Part shown: piece after piece, positions 18,608 through 29,497 of the stretch
How positions within the stretch are numbered: the stretch's first letter is position 1
How the letters are laid out: each line of letters opens with the position of its first letter
Source: Candidatus Moraniibacteriota bacterium
GTDB lineage: Bacteria; Patescibacteriota; Minisyncoccia; Moranbacterales; UBA1568
Direction of reading: 5' to 3'
DNA length: 64,000 bases
Assembly: GCA_052035095.1 (NCBI GenBank)
Contig: JBPOHW010000001.1
Location: 108,857 to 172,856, forward strand
Notes under the pieces: generated by a model
What the model was told of the DNA's origin: nothing
Database searches by the model: none
What the model saw: the letters and a program-made list of their open reading frames with translations, nothing else
Made by a program: the position numbers and the translations under genes

Positions 18608-20665
18608 TCACCTTCCCATATTGTACAAATTTGTTATTTCCGCCGTGGAGAGCGCGCGATCGTAGATGCGGACATCATCAATCTTTCCAGAAAAACTTGC
18701 GCTATCCATATACCCCCCTATATTTGCCACGGGTGTTCCGCTATAGCCGAGAGTAGTTGAGGGAATGATATCGAAAAAAGTAAGCGTTCTTTGGATGCCA
18801 TTTTTGTAGACCTTGAGGCGATTCGAATTTCCCGTTTGTGTTCCGTCGAAAACAAAAATCCAGTGTTCCCACACATTTGTCGCATGAAGATTTTCCGTTG
18901 TATAGGAAGGGTTTTCGCTATCTGAGTCACTGAGAATTATACATATATCGTCACTACCTCCCCATGCGTCACTGGTGCCGAAACCCCAAAAACTTGTTAC
19001 ATCTCTTCTTACAAAAAGAGCATTTCCTTCCGCAAGGGCTGATTGAAAGATCCACATAGATACACTCATCTGGGAGATACCATTTGTGTAACTGAGAATC
19101 CCATCAATATTCACATAATCACTCGTCCCATTAAACTGCAACCCCTGACCCAATTTCCCCGGGGTGACGGAGGAGGCGGTGAGACCGGAGGCGGCGCCGT
19201 GATTCCCGTTGCCGCTCACGTCTTTTATTTCCGTCCCCGTATCGCTCCACTTCACATCATCCCCGTCAAAAGTCCAATACCCCACCAACCCATCGGTCAT
19301 CATATCGTCCGCCCCCGAACTGATATATTCCTTCGCGCCGCTACTCTTGTAGAGATCGGCGACCTGCGTCGCGGAGAGTTCGGTTGAGTAAAATCGAATA
19401 TCATCCAGTGCGCCGCCAAAGTAACTGCTTGCGATTTTCCCCAGATACGCCGCACTTGCGTTGATGCCGGTTCCCGTCGTCACGGCGACATGGTGCCAGT
19501 TGGTATCGAGAAAAAGACTTGAGTATCCCCTCACTTCCACCGCGATGCCCGACATATCCACCGTGCCAGTGTGGTTGGTGATGCCATAGCTCGTCGTTCC
19601 CGCCGCGCCCTGATCACCCCAGTCAAAGAGAAAGAACGTTGCCGCGTCCGTCACAAACTGCGCCACCCGTTGCGTGCCGCTTCCGGGGGAAGAAGTGACC
19701 GTGGTGTCATTCACCGCATTCCAATCGCCCAAGACGACCGCCGTCGCGGAATTGGCATACCCGCGGGTGAGACTGATCGTTTTATTTGCCGAATTGTCGA
19801 GAGTCGCGGTATTTCCAAGCCCGCTCGACCCGCGATAGACAAAAGCGGCAATGCCGCGTGCCAATGTCCCCGCATCGCCTCTTGTTGCGGTAATAGCACC
19901 CGATCCGTTCGAGCCGGCAGTTGCCGACCAGAGGTAGTGGGCAGTGTCGCCCGAGTCCGCTGTATTAATAGAGGTAACGAGCGAGAAAGAGAGCCCGGTT
20001 GCGGTAGGGGTATTGAGAGTGGCGCTCGTCCCTGCTTCGGTCGAGCCAAACACGAGGACGAGATCGCCCACCTGCCACGTGACAGTCGGCGTCACTTCGT
20101 TTCCGGCAGTTTGACTCGTCCAATCGGACTGTTGGTAGTCAACGAGGGTCGGAGCACCCGAAGCAGTTCGGACTACGCCATCGATATAGATCGTTGGGGT
20201 GGTGAAGCTGTTTGCCGCAACGATACCGGACGTCATATCGATCGTCGCCGTACCGTTCAAATCAATGAGCGACTGCGTCGTACTGTTGGGCTTCACCCAG
20301 AAGGCGACCGTTTTGACGCCGTTATAGACACTGCCCAATGAGACGGAATCGCTCGTCCCGTTAAAAACAATTCCCTGACCGATTCTCCCCGCCGTGACAC
20401 TCCCCGTGGAGAGGTTGTTGGAGAAGTTGCCGTGCTTCGCGTATCCCGAGACGTCTTTGATCTCGGTACTCGTATCGCCCCAGACGACATCACTCCCGTC
20501 GAGCGTCCAGTGTCCCACAAGAATGGAAGAGGTCGGTCCCGGAACCGTCACATTCATCGTCTCCGCCGCCTGACCCTCGTTTTTCCCTTGAAGCCGCCAC
20601 CACAAAACCGCTCCCACGGTAAGGGAGAGAAGGATGAATATCCACGTGAGCAAACGGGCAGGCAT
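18608..20665 (-). CDS. Secreted/membrane-anchored protein with two LamG/concanavalin-A-like lectin domains
   Basis: N-terminal TM anchor MPARLLTWIFILLSLTVGAVLWW. LamG_3-type motifs (DDIRFYSTELSATQVADLY; IDDVRIYDRALSTAEITNLYN). The start is taken at MPARLL. Confidence 0.75.
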   Translation of the reverse strand: MPARLLTWIFILLSLTVGAVLWWRLQGKNEGQAAETMNVTVPGPTSSILVGHWTLDGSDVVWGDTSTEIKDVSGYAKHGNFSNNLSTGSVTAGRIGQGIVFNGTSDSVSLGSVYNGVKTVAFWVKPNSTTQSLIDLNGTATIDMTSGIVAANSFTTPTIYIDGVVRTASGAPTLVDYQQSDWTSQTAGNEVTPTVTWQVGDLVLVFGSTEAGTSATLNTPTATGLSFSLVTSINTADSGDTAHYLWSATAGSNGSGAITATRGDAGTLARGIAAFVYRGSSGLGNTATLDNSANKTISLTRGYANSATAVVLGDWNAVNDTTVTSSPGSGTQRVAQFVTDAATFFLFDWGDQGAAGTTSYGITNHTGTVDMSGIAVEVRGYSSLFLDTNWHHVAVTTGTGINASAAYLGKIASSYFGGALDDIRFYSTELSATQVADLYKSSGAKEYISSGADDMMTDGLVGYWTFDGDDVKWSDTGTEIKDVSGNGNHGAASGLTASSVTPGKLGQGLQFNGTSDYVNIDGILSYTNGISQMSVSMWIFQSALAEGNALFVRRDVTSFWGFGTSDAWGGSDDICIILSDSDSENPSYTTENLHATNVWEHWIFVFDGTQTGNSNRLKVYKNGIQRTLTFFDIIPSTTLGYSGTPVANIGGYMDSASFSGKIDDVRIYDRALSTAEITNLYNMGR

Positions 20666-20807
20666 GAGGATAGTATAGCACTGATCTGTAAGGGCGAAAA
20701 ATCTTTCGCCCGTACCCGAATACGCATCCGGGTGTGCGGCGCCCACCAGGGACGGGAACAAATGCGGATACGGGAACAGGGCACCCACAAGGAGCGCCCG
20801 TACACGC

Positions 20808-21638
20808 TCATCCGCCAATATATTTCCTCATAATGTCTCGGTAATTTCGGCAAAAATCCGAGACAAATGTTTGGTCGGGAAAAAAGTTTCTGAGATCATG
20901 AGCCAGCTTGTCAGCCGTGACGTCACGCTCGATTTTTTTTCGCAACTTTTCTTTGAGTTCGGCTTCCGTCGCGATACCGGTTGTCTTTTGGAGACTTGAG
21001 AAATCGGGAGACACACCTCGCTCCATATACCAGAAGAGATCAAAAAAATCGCGACCTTTGATATCTATCTCATTGTCTTTGCCCTGAAACCAACTGCGGG
21101 ACAGAATGGCATTCACCTTTCCGGTCATCAAGAACGGGAGGCTGTATCGTCGCACGACGAAATTGAACCCGGCGCGAAAAATCGGATCCACTTCCACGGC
21201 CGGAGAAAGAAACGCCATCTTGCTCGGCTCTATTTTCACATATAGTTGATCGCTTTCATGCTCTCTCGCCAGACCAAGCGCTTTCAAAATCGGAAATTTC
21301 ACATAGATTCGCTTTTCTTCCTGCCGTTTCGCCACAACTGAAAGGAGATACTTTTCTTTGAAATATATCTCCAGCTCTCGTGCCATTTTTTCCAGAGGCA
21401 ACTCCTTCCAATCCTTCTCAAGAAGGTCGAAATCCAAATCCTCGCTCAATCGAGGCGCCGAAAAACAAATACGAAGACACGATCCGCCGGTAAAAATGAA
21501 ATTCCGGTACTCGCGACCGTTGTAGACAAACTCCAAGACCGGATACTGCAAATACTCCTTCAAGAAATTCCGTATGACAAAATCCGGCATTCCTTCTCGC
21601 CGCTTGTCCGCGACTATTTTTTTGAGAATTTCAAACAT
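20808..21638 (-). CDS. abiEii: AbiEii-family nucleotidyltransferase toxin (type IV TA / abortive infection)
   Basis: NTase motif FTGGSCLRICFSAPRLSEDLDFD (the GG[ST]xL...R[LF]SEDxDF signature of DUF1814/AbiEii). It overlaps the upstream antitoxin gene by 8 nt. Confidence 0.7.
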   Translation of the reverse strand: MFEILKKIVADKRREGMPDFVIRNFLKEYLQYPVLEFVYNGREYRNFIFTGGSCLRICFSAPRLSEDLDFDLLEKDWKELPLEKMARELEIYFKEKYLLSVVAKRQEEKRIYVKFPILKALGLAREHESDQLYVKIEPSKMAFLSPAVEVDPIFRAGFNFVVRRYSLPFLMTGKVNAILSRSWFQGKDNEIDIKGRDFFDLFWYMERGVSPDFSSLQKTTGIATEAELKEKLRKKIERDVTADKLAHDLRNFFPDQTFVSDFCRNYRDIMRKYIGG

Positions 21639-22269
21639 AGTGGAGCGTTCGTATGATATCCGCGACCCGTTTCATTCGCTTGTTTTCGGAGAGTTTCACA
21701 AACTCGGAAAATTTTTTGAATTCGCTTCCTGAAAAATTTTCCCAATTGAGACGAAGATTCTCAATCGTTTCCGAACTCACATTTCTGTTTTTGAAAAAAT
21801 ACAAATACAAAAAATCAAAGAGCGCTTTTTCTTTGCTCGCCTCATAAAATGTCGCGCCGGAGAAAGACTTTACGTCATAGCCGCAAAAAAGAGCCTCTCG
21901 AACGGACGCGTATCGAAAGGTTCCCAGCTCATTGGTTATTTCGCGCGTGGACTTGGGAGTGACGGAGGTGATGACGGATGCCGGTTCGCTCATTATGCGA
22001 TGCGCGTCCAAAACATATTCGAGCGAGAGGTATGACGGCTCGACCATTTTCCCCGCAAGATACGCGAGGTAACCGGCTTTGTCCGGTTCTTTTTCGTATC
22101 GTTCCCGAAGAATATACAGACCCTTCTTGAGCGATATCAACGCCCCATTCCGGAGCCACGATTTCACGTTTTCATTTAGCCGGTGCTCATTAGGCTCAAA
22201 CGCGCGCAGGATGTTTTTGTTGATGATGAGAAGATGAGAAATGCGCTTTTCCAGTTCGTCGAGACGCAT
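21631..22269 (-). CDS. abiEi: AbiEi-family antitoxin/transcriptional regulator
   Basis: N-terminal wHTH-like region with the KKGLYIL motif typical of AbiEi_4, directly upstream of abiEii. Confidence 0.6.
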   Translation of the reverse strand: MRLDELEKRISHLLIINKNILRAFEPNEHRLNENVKSWLRNGALISLKKGLYILRERYEKEPDKAGYLAYLAGKMVEPSYLSLEYVLDAHRIMSEPASVITSVTPKSTREITNELGTFRYASVREALFCGYDVKSFSGATFYEASKEKALFDFLYLYFFKNRNVSSETIENLRLNWENFSGSEFKKFSEFVKLSENKRMKRVADIIRTLHYV

Positions 22270-22294
22270 AAAAAGTGTCTATCACTATTTAAGA

Positions 22295-22317
22295 ATTAGT
22301 ATATTCATACTACTAAT
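22295..22317. promoter_or_regulatory. Imperfect palindrome attagta-N9-tactaat immediately upstream of abiEi; candidate autoregulatory operator
   Basis: Inverted 7-bp arms seen in sequence. AbiEi antitoxins are known to autorepress by binding inverted repeats in their own promoters. Confidence 0.3.
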
Positions 22318-22422
22318 ACCAAAACGACCTGTCAAATATCCGGAATTCCTCGCCTGGAGTTGAAAGCTCAGTTCTGAAGTGAAAAAAATCACTCAAAAAA
22401 AATGCGCGTTGTGCAACCCCAT

Positions 22423-23136
22423 TTATTTCCCAAATCGCCGGGCGCGGCGGGTGTATTCTTCGATGGATGCGGCGAAAGCGTCCGCGTCGAAGTCGGGATA
22501 GAGCGTGTCGGAAAAATAGAGCTGAGCGTCGGCGATATCCCACATCATAAAGCCCGCGGAAAGGTGCGGCTCGCCACCCGTCCGGATGAGGTAGTCAACC
22601 GGCGGGAGATCGCGCGTCATCAATGTACGTTTCAGTGTTTCCGAAGAAATATCGTCCGGCGAAATGCCGGACGTGATCAACGTCCGAACCGCCTCCAGCA
22701 TCTCGTCATTGCCGCTATAGGCGAGAAAAAAATTCAAAGAATACGCGTCGTAGCGTTTCGTCTCTTCCCCGCAACGGATCAAGATTTTTTTGAGCGTGTC
22801 CGGAAACTGCTCCCGCCAACGTCCGATCATTCGAATGCGCACCTGATCCTTGTGAACGGACTCATTCTCGATCATCCGCGTGAAGTAGGTTTCATAAATG
22901 CCGAGGAGCGCTCGCTTTTCTTCGAAGGGGCGCTTCGTGAGATTTTCCATCGATGAGCCCCAAAACGAAAACGCTCGAACGCCGAGCTCGCGCGCCTTCT
23001 CGATAATCTTCTCGGTATTCTTGGCGCCCGCCTCGTGTCCGTCCCAGGGAGCAAGCCCGCGCGCCGCCGCCCACCGACGATTGCCATCGGGAATGAGCGC
23101 GACATGACGCGGGACCAATGAGCTCGGCTGTGCCAT
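22423..23136 (-). CDS. uppS: Undecaprenyl-diphosphate synthase
   Basis: Motifs HVALIPDGNRRWA and FSxxNxxR. The start is taken at MAQPSS; the longer upstream extension is rejected. Confidence 0.85.
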   Translation of the reverse strand: MAQPSSLVPRHVALIPDGNRRWAAARGLAPWDGHEAGAKNTEKIIEKARELGVRAFSFWGSSMENLTKRPFEEKRALLGIYETYFTRMIENESVHKDQVRIRMIGRWREQFPDTLKKILIRCGEETKRYDAYSLNFFLAYSGNDEMLEAVRTLITSGISPDDISSETLKRTLMTRDLPPVDYLIRTGGEPHLSAGFMMWDIADAQLYFSDTLYPDFDADAFAASIEEYTRRARRFGK

Positions 23137-23171
23137 AAGAAAAAAGAAAAATTCAAAAAAATATGCCTGAT

Positions 23172-23200
23172 CGTAGAGACGCAAAATTTTGCGTCTCTAC
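23172..23200. repeat. Perfect 22-bp palindrome gagacgcaaaattttgcgtctc between the polyprenyl synthase and uppS
   Basis: Self-complementary sequence seen directly. It could be an operator or an intercistronic hairpin. Confidence 0.4.
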
Positions 23201-23217
23201 ACACCGAAAACATTTTA

Positions 23218-24357
23218 TCAACATTCTCTGTTCATCATATAGTCCGCGACACCGAGGAGGAAATCTTTCGCTTCACTCGGGAAATGAGCCGAGGCGATTT
23301 CGCGCTTCCCTGTTTCAATATACGCTCGCGCCGTTTCTTTGGAGGATTCGAGCGCTCCCGATATCCGAAGCAGTTCCCGAAACCGCTCGACATCTCGCAC
23401 GAGGAGTTTCTCGCCTTTTTTGAGAATCGAGAGGAGTTCTTTGCGCTCTTCTTTCGGGAGAAGCGTGAGCGCCCGTGAAACGAGGAGCGTGAATTTCCCT
23501 TCCTCGATGTCCGAACCGACCGGCTTCCCCAACTTTTCTTCCGTGCCGAATATTCCCAAAATATCATCTTGAATTTGAAACGCAATACCGAGTGGAACCG
23601 CGAAGCGCCCGAGCGTCTCCGAGAATTCCGTCGTCCCGCCCGCCAAAAGGCACCCCAACTGAAGCGGTCCGTCCACGGTATAGCGCGCCGTCTTGTGTTC
23701 GTACATAGAAAGAATTTCTTCTTCCGTCGCCTTCCCGCGATACTCGATGAGAATATCCTGCGCCTCACCCACCACCGTGAGCGAAACGATATCCTGTAAT
23801 TTTGAAAGCGCGCGCAACACTCGCTCGGCCGGAAAACCGGATTCGAAAATAATCTGATTGCCCAAGGCGCCCACCATATCGCCCACGATAATCGCCATGG
23901 AGTTTCCGAAATGCGCGGCATCCGAGCGAAGGAAGAGTTTCTTGCCGAGAAGACGGAAATGTTCGTGCGCCGTTTTGACGCCGTGGCGCTTTTCGTCGCG
24001 ATCGATAATATCGTCGTGAATGAGGAGGAAGATATGCACGAGTTCTATTGATACCGCCGCGCGAAGCATTCGCTCCCGATCCATCCCGCCGCCCGCGAGA
24101 TAGCCGTAGTACATAAATGCCGCCCGAAGCCGCTTCCCGCCCGAAAGCGAAAGCGTCTTCACGTACCGAAGCGCGTCGGTCATAAAGAGATCGCGTTTCG
24201 CCACTTCCGCGATCGCGCGATCAAGGTATACCTCTATCTCTCGATCAACCTTTGCCTTGAAAGCCTTCAATTCCACTCGAATATCCGCGCCGCGCGCATC
24301 GGGAACCATTCGTGACATACCGTTTGACGGAATAAAAATATGACCGGATTGTAGCAC
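23218..24357 (-). CDS. Polyprenyl diphosphate synthase (FPP/GGPP synthase family)
   Basis: First aspartate-rich motif LIHDDIIDRD and second motif FQIQDDILG. The start may be the internal MSRMVPD. Confidence 0.8.
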   Translation of the reverse strand: MLQSGHIFIPSNGMSRMVPDARGADIRVELKAFKAKVDREIEVYLDRAIAEVAKRDLFMTDALRYVKTLSLSGGKRLRAAFMYYGYLAGGGMDRERMLRAAVSIELVHIFLLIHDDIIDRDEKRHGVKTAHEHFRLLGKKLFLRSDAAHFGNSMAIIVGDMVGALGNQIIFESGFPAERVLRALSKLQDIVSLTVVGEAQDILIEYRGKATEEEILSMYEHKTARYTVDGPLQLGCLLAGGTTEFSETLGRFAVPLGIAFQIQDDILGIFGTEEKLGKPVGSDIEEGKFTLLVSRALTLLPKEERKELLSILKKGEKLLVRDVERFRELLRISGALESSKETARAYIETGKREIASAHFPSEAKDFLLGVADYMMNREC

Positions 24358-24385
24358 CGGACAAGCGTAAAAACAAGGTGGTGTT

Positions 24386-24427
24386 GGTAGTGAGTAGTGA
24401 GTAGTTGGTAGTGAGTAGTGAGTAGTT
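24386..24427. repeat. Two tandem 21-nt direct repeats (ggtagtgagtagtgagtagtt) in a divergent promoter region, followed by a -10-like TATACT
   Basis: Exact tandem duplication seen in sequence. TATACT at 24429..24434 lies 22 nt before the ATPase start. A related 17-mer, tagttggtagtgagtag, recurs at 37023..37039. Confidence 0.6.
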
Positions 24428-24455
24428 GTATACTAGAGACACCTAACTCTCCATC

Positions 24456-27218
<2,763 letters not shown>

Positions 27219-27244
27219 GACTATAAATCATTTTTTTTGTCCAG

Positions 27245-27273
27245 TTGACGCCAAAAAAAGCGCACTCTACAAT
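27245..27273 (+). promoter_or_regulatory. Sigma70-like promoter TTGACG-N17-TACAAT
   Basis: Near-consensus hexamers with a 17-nt spacer, about 90 nt upstream of the 27365 start. Confidence 0.5.
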
Positions 27274-27364
27274 GAAGAGGATGGTCGATCCGACTTCAAC
27301 GCAAGCGGTACTCCGAAAGAATTCTGTTCATGATTGAATACTCTAGAAAGGCAGGTGACACACT

Positions 27365-28000
27365 ATGCAAGACGAACAGCCACTGGAAGAAGAGCAAGAA
27401 GAAGGCGGTGGATTCAAGGCATGGCTCGAAGACAATCTTCGCATCATTTTGAGCGTACTCGTTGTTTTTGCCATTGCCGGAGGTATCTACTCGTACTCGC
27501 AACGATCTCAGACTCCCGCTATCACCGAAGAAACCGAGACACCGGAAGAAACGATCGGATCGGGTGAAGAAATCGCAGAGGAAACCGAAGAGACCAAAGA
27601 GGACACCGAGGAATCCGCCGAAGAAACTCCTCGACCGACCGAGGTTAAGGAGGAAGTAAAACCGGTACAAAAACCCGCTGAGGCGGTTGCCGAAAGCCGA
27701 GAGACGGAGACAGCTTTCGTTGAAACGGCGATTCGAGGCGACGGCGCGACTCATCTCGCGAGGAGGGCCCTCGGGAATTTTCTCGAGAAGAACCCCGACT
27801 CGGCGCTTTCCAAGGAACACAAGATTTACATCGAAGATTACCTCCGGAAGCATGTTTCCTACGGACACATCCGCACCGGAAGCAGTCTGGAATTCTCCAA
27901 GAGTCTGATACAGGAAGCTATCGGGAAGTCGAAGCAGTTGAACGATCGACAACTCTCGAACCTCAAGAAATATTCAGACCGAGCCCCTTCGCTTCGTTAG
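27365..28000 (+). CDS. Hypothetical membrane-anchored protein with a Glu-rich acidic linker
   Basis: N-terminal acidic segment, one TM helix, an E/T-rich low-complexity region and a C-terminal folded domain. It has its own promoter and terminator. Confidence 0.5.
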   Translation: MQDEQPLEEEQEEGGGFKAWLEDNLRIILSVLVVFAIAGGIYSYSQRSQTPAITEETETPEETIGSGEEIAEETEETKEDTEESAEETPRPTEVKEEVKPVQKPAEAVAESRETETAFVETAIRGDGATHLARRALGNFLEKNPDSALSKEHKIYIEDYLRKHVSYGHIRTGSSLEFSKSLIQEAIGKSKQLNDRQLSNLKKYSDRAPSLR

Positions 28001-28110
28001 AGTCACTGAGATTCTTCAAGAGGAAGGGCGCTTCGTATGATTGCCTGGAAGGAAATGACATTCTGAATCTCATTTTTTCGTTTTCGACTTTTCGTTCTTT
28101 ATCGCACCCC

Positions 28111-28138
28111 AAAACCCCGCAACGCGGGGTTTTGTGTT
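28111..28138 (+). terminator. Rho-independent terminator (ccccgc-aac-gcgggg followed by a T-run)
   Basis: GC-rich 6-bp stem extended by A/T pairs, followed by ttttgtgtt, 110 nt after the 28000 stop. Confidence 0.7.
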
Positions 28139-28139
28139 A

Positions 28140-28312
28140 AGAGCCTGTCTGAAAACTCCATATTCTGCTACGATTTCCAAATTTTGGCTGCAAAACATTC
28201 AGATTTCGTCAGGTTACCTTCGGGTAGCCCTTCTCAACCTTCATGTTTTTCGCTCAAAATTTGAAAATCTCGCGACGAAAGAGAGTTTTCAGACAGGCTC
28301 TAAAGTTTTTTC
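28140..28312 (+). ncRNA. Candidate small structured RNA: 19-bp closing stem around about 125 nt, with an internal UUCG-tetraloop hairpin, ending in a U-run
   Basis: agagcctgtctgaaaactc (28140) pairs perfectly with gagttttcagacaggctct (28283). It is followed by aaagttttttcgg. Internal hairpin ggttacc-ttcg-ggtagcc. It lies in a 520-bp convergent intergenic region that has no convincing ORF. Confidence 0.4.
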
Positions 28313-28521
28313 GGCTTCTCACTGGAGTCTTCAAATGAAGGGTAGGTGGAAACTCTTACCATTCAAAATCTCCAAGACCGTTTCCTTATGAAGGATTTGC
28401 GGAAGTGCTTACCGGAAGATGAAAGAAGAAAAAGGGGCATTAAATTCCAGAACTCACTGCCAAAAGGAGTCATTTCCTTTACCCTAAGGAATAAATCTCT
28501 CTCCAAAGCCCACTAGCCAAC

Positions 28522-29472
28522 CTACACCCGATAGTACTCACGGTACCAATTGACGAAATTCTTGATGCCGACATCGATCCTGGTCGTTGGCGCCCAGCCG
28601 AGAGCGCGGAGCTTAGAAATATCGGCAACGGTCGAGACGACATCGCCCAAAGGAAGTGGCATCAGCTTCTTCTCCGCTTTTTTTCCGGCATTCTTCTCGA
28701 TTTCTTCGATAAACTCAAGAAGCGTATTTTCGGCATCGCCGCCGATATTCATAATTTCATAGGGGAAATTCCCATCGAGCGCGACCAGTACGCCGGAAAC
28801 AATATCGTCCACATAGGTGAAGTTTCGCGTCATCTTGCCATAATTGTTCACTTCGATCGGCTTCCCGTCAAAAATATTCTTCGTAAAAATACCGAGCGCC
28901 ATATCCGGACGCCCCCACGGACCGTAGACCGTGAAAAACCGCAGTCCCGTCGTCGGCAATCCGTAGACGTGACTCCAGACGTGCGCGAAGAGCTCATCGG
29001 CCTTCTTGCTCGCGGCATAAGGAGAAATCGGCATATCCACAGAATCGCTCTCAGCGAAGGGCTGTTTTTCGTTCTTACCATAGACGGAGGATGACGACGC
29101 ATAGACAAAATTTGCAACCTTCCACTTGCGTGCCGCCTCCAAAAGAATCAGCGTGCCATTCACATTAATATCCGCGTACGTAATCGGATCATCGAGCGAA
29201 TTCCGCACCCCCGCCATCGCCGCCAAGTGCACCACTTTCTCTATTTTCTCCGCTTCAAAAATTCCCTCAACCAGTTTCGCATTGCGAATATCACCCTCAT
29301 AGAGCTTGAAATCAATGCCTTTCAAAAAAACCGCGATGCGATCGCGCTTCAACTGCGGATCATAGTAGTCATTGAAATTATCAAGAATTGTCACCTGATC
29401 GCCACGTTTGACCAGCTTCTTCGTCACCGCCGATCCGATAAACCCCGCGCCACCCGTTACGAGAATATTCAT
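28522..29472 (-). CDS. NAD-dependent epimerase/dehydratase (extended SDR; UDP-sugar 4-epimerase-like)
   Basis: Motifs GGAGFIGS and YxxxK (PYAASKKADE). The 316-aa length fits. Confidence 0.85.
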   Translation of the reverse strand: MNILVTGGAGFIGSAVTKKLVKRGDQVTILDNFNDYYDPQLKRDRIAVFLKGIDFKLYEGDIRNAKLVEGIFEAEKIEKVVHLAAMAGVRNSLDDPITYADINVNGTLILLEAARKWKVANFVYASSSSVYGKNEKQPFAESDSVDMPISPYAASKKADELFAHVWSHVYGLPTTGLRFFTVYGPWGRPDMALGIFTKNIFDGKPIEVNNYGKMTRNFTYVDDIVSGVLVALDGNFPYEIMNIGGDAENTLLEFIEEIEKNAGKKAEKKLMPLPLGDVVSTVADISKLRALGWAPTTRIDVGIKNFVNWYREYYRV

Positions 29473-29497
29473 AAAGAAGAGAATTAAGAATGAGGAA

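Noticed and set aside
24386-24437. CRISPR array, considered for the tagtgagtag tandem repeats and the ttttgaa microsatellite
   Set aside because: The units are too short (21 nt and 7 nt), there are no unique spacers and no cas genes. These are simple tandem repeats.
28134-28391. ORF of 85 aa inside the candidate sRNA region
   Set aside because: It starts inside the 19-bp stem, has no RBS, and its composition is non-coding-like. The region is better explained by an RNA structure.
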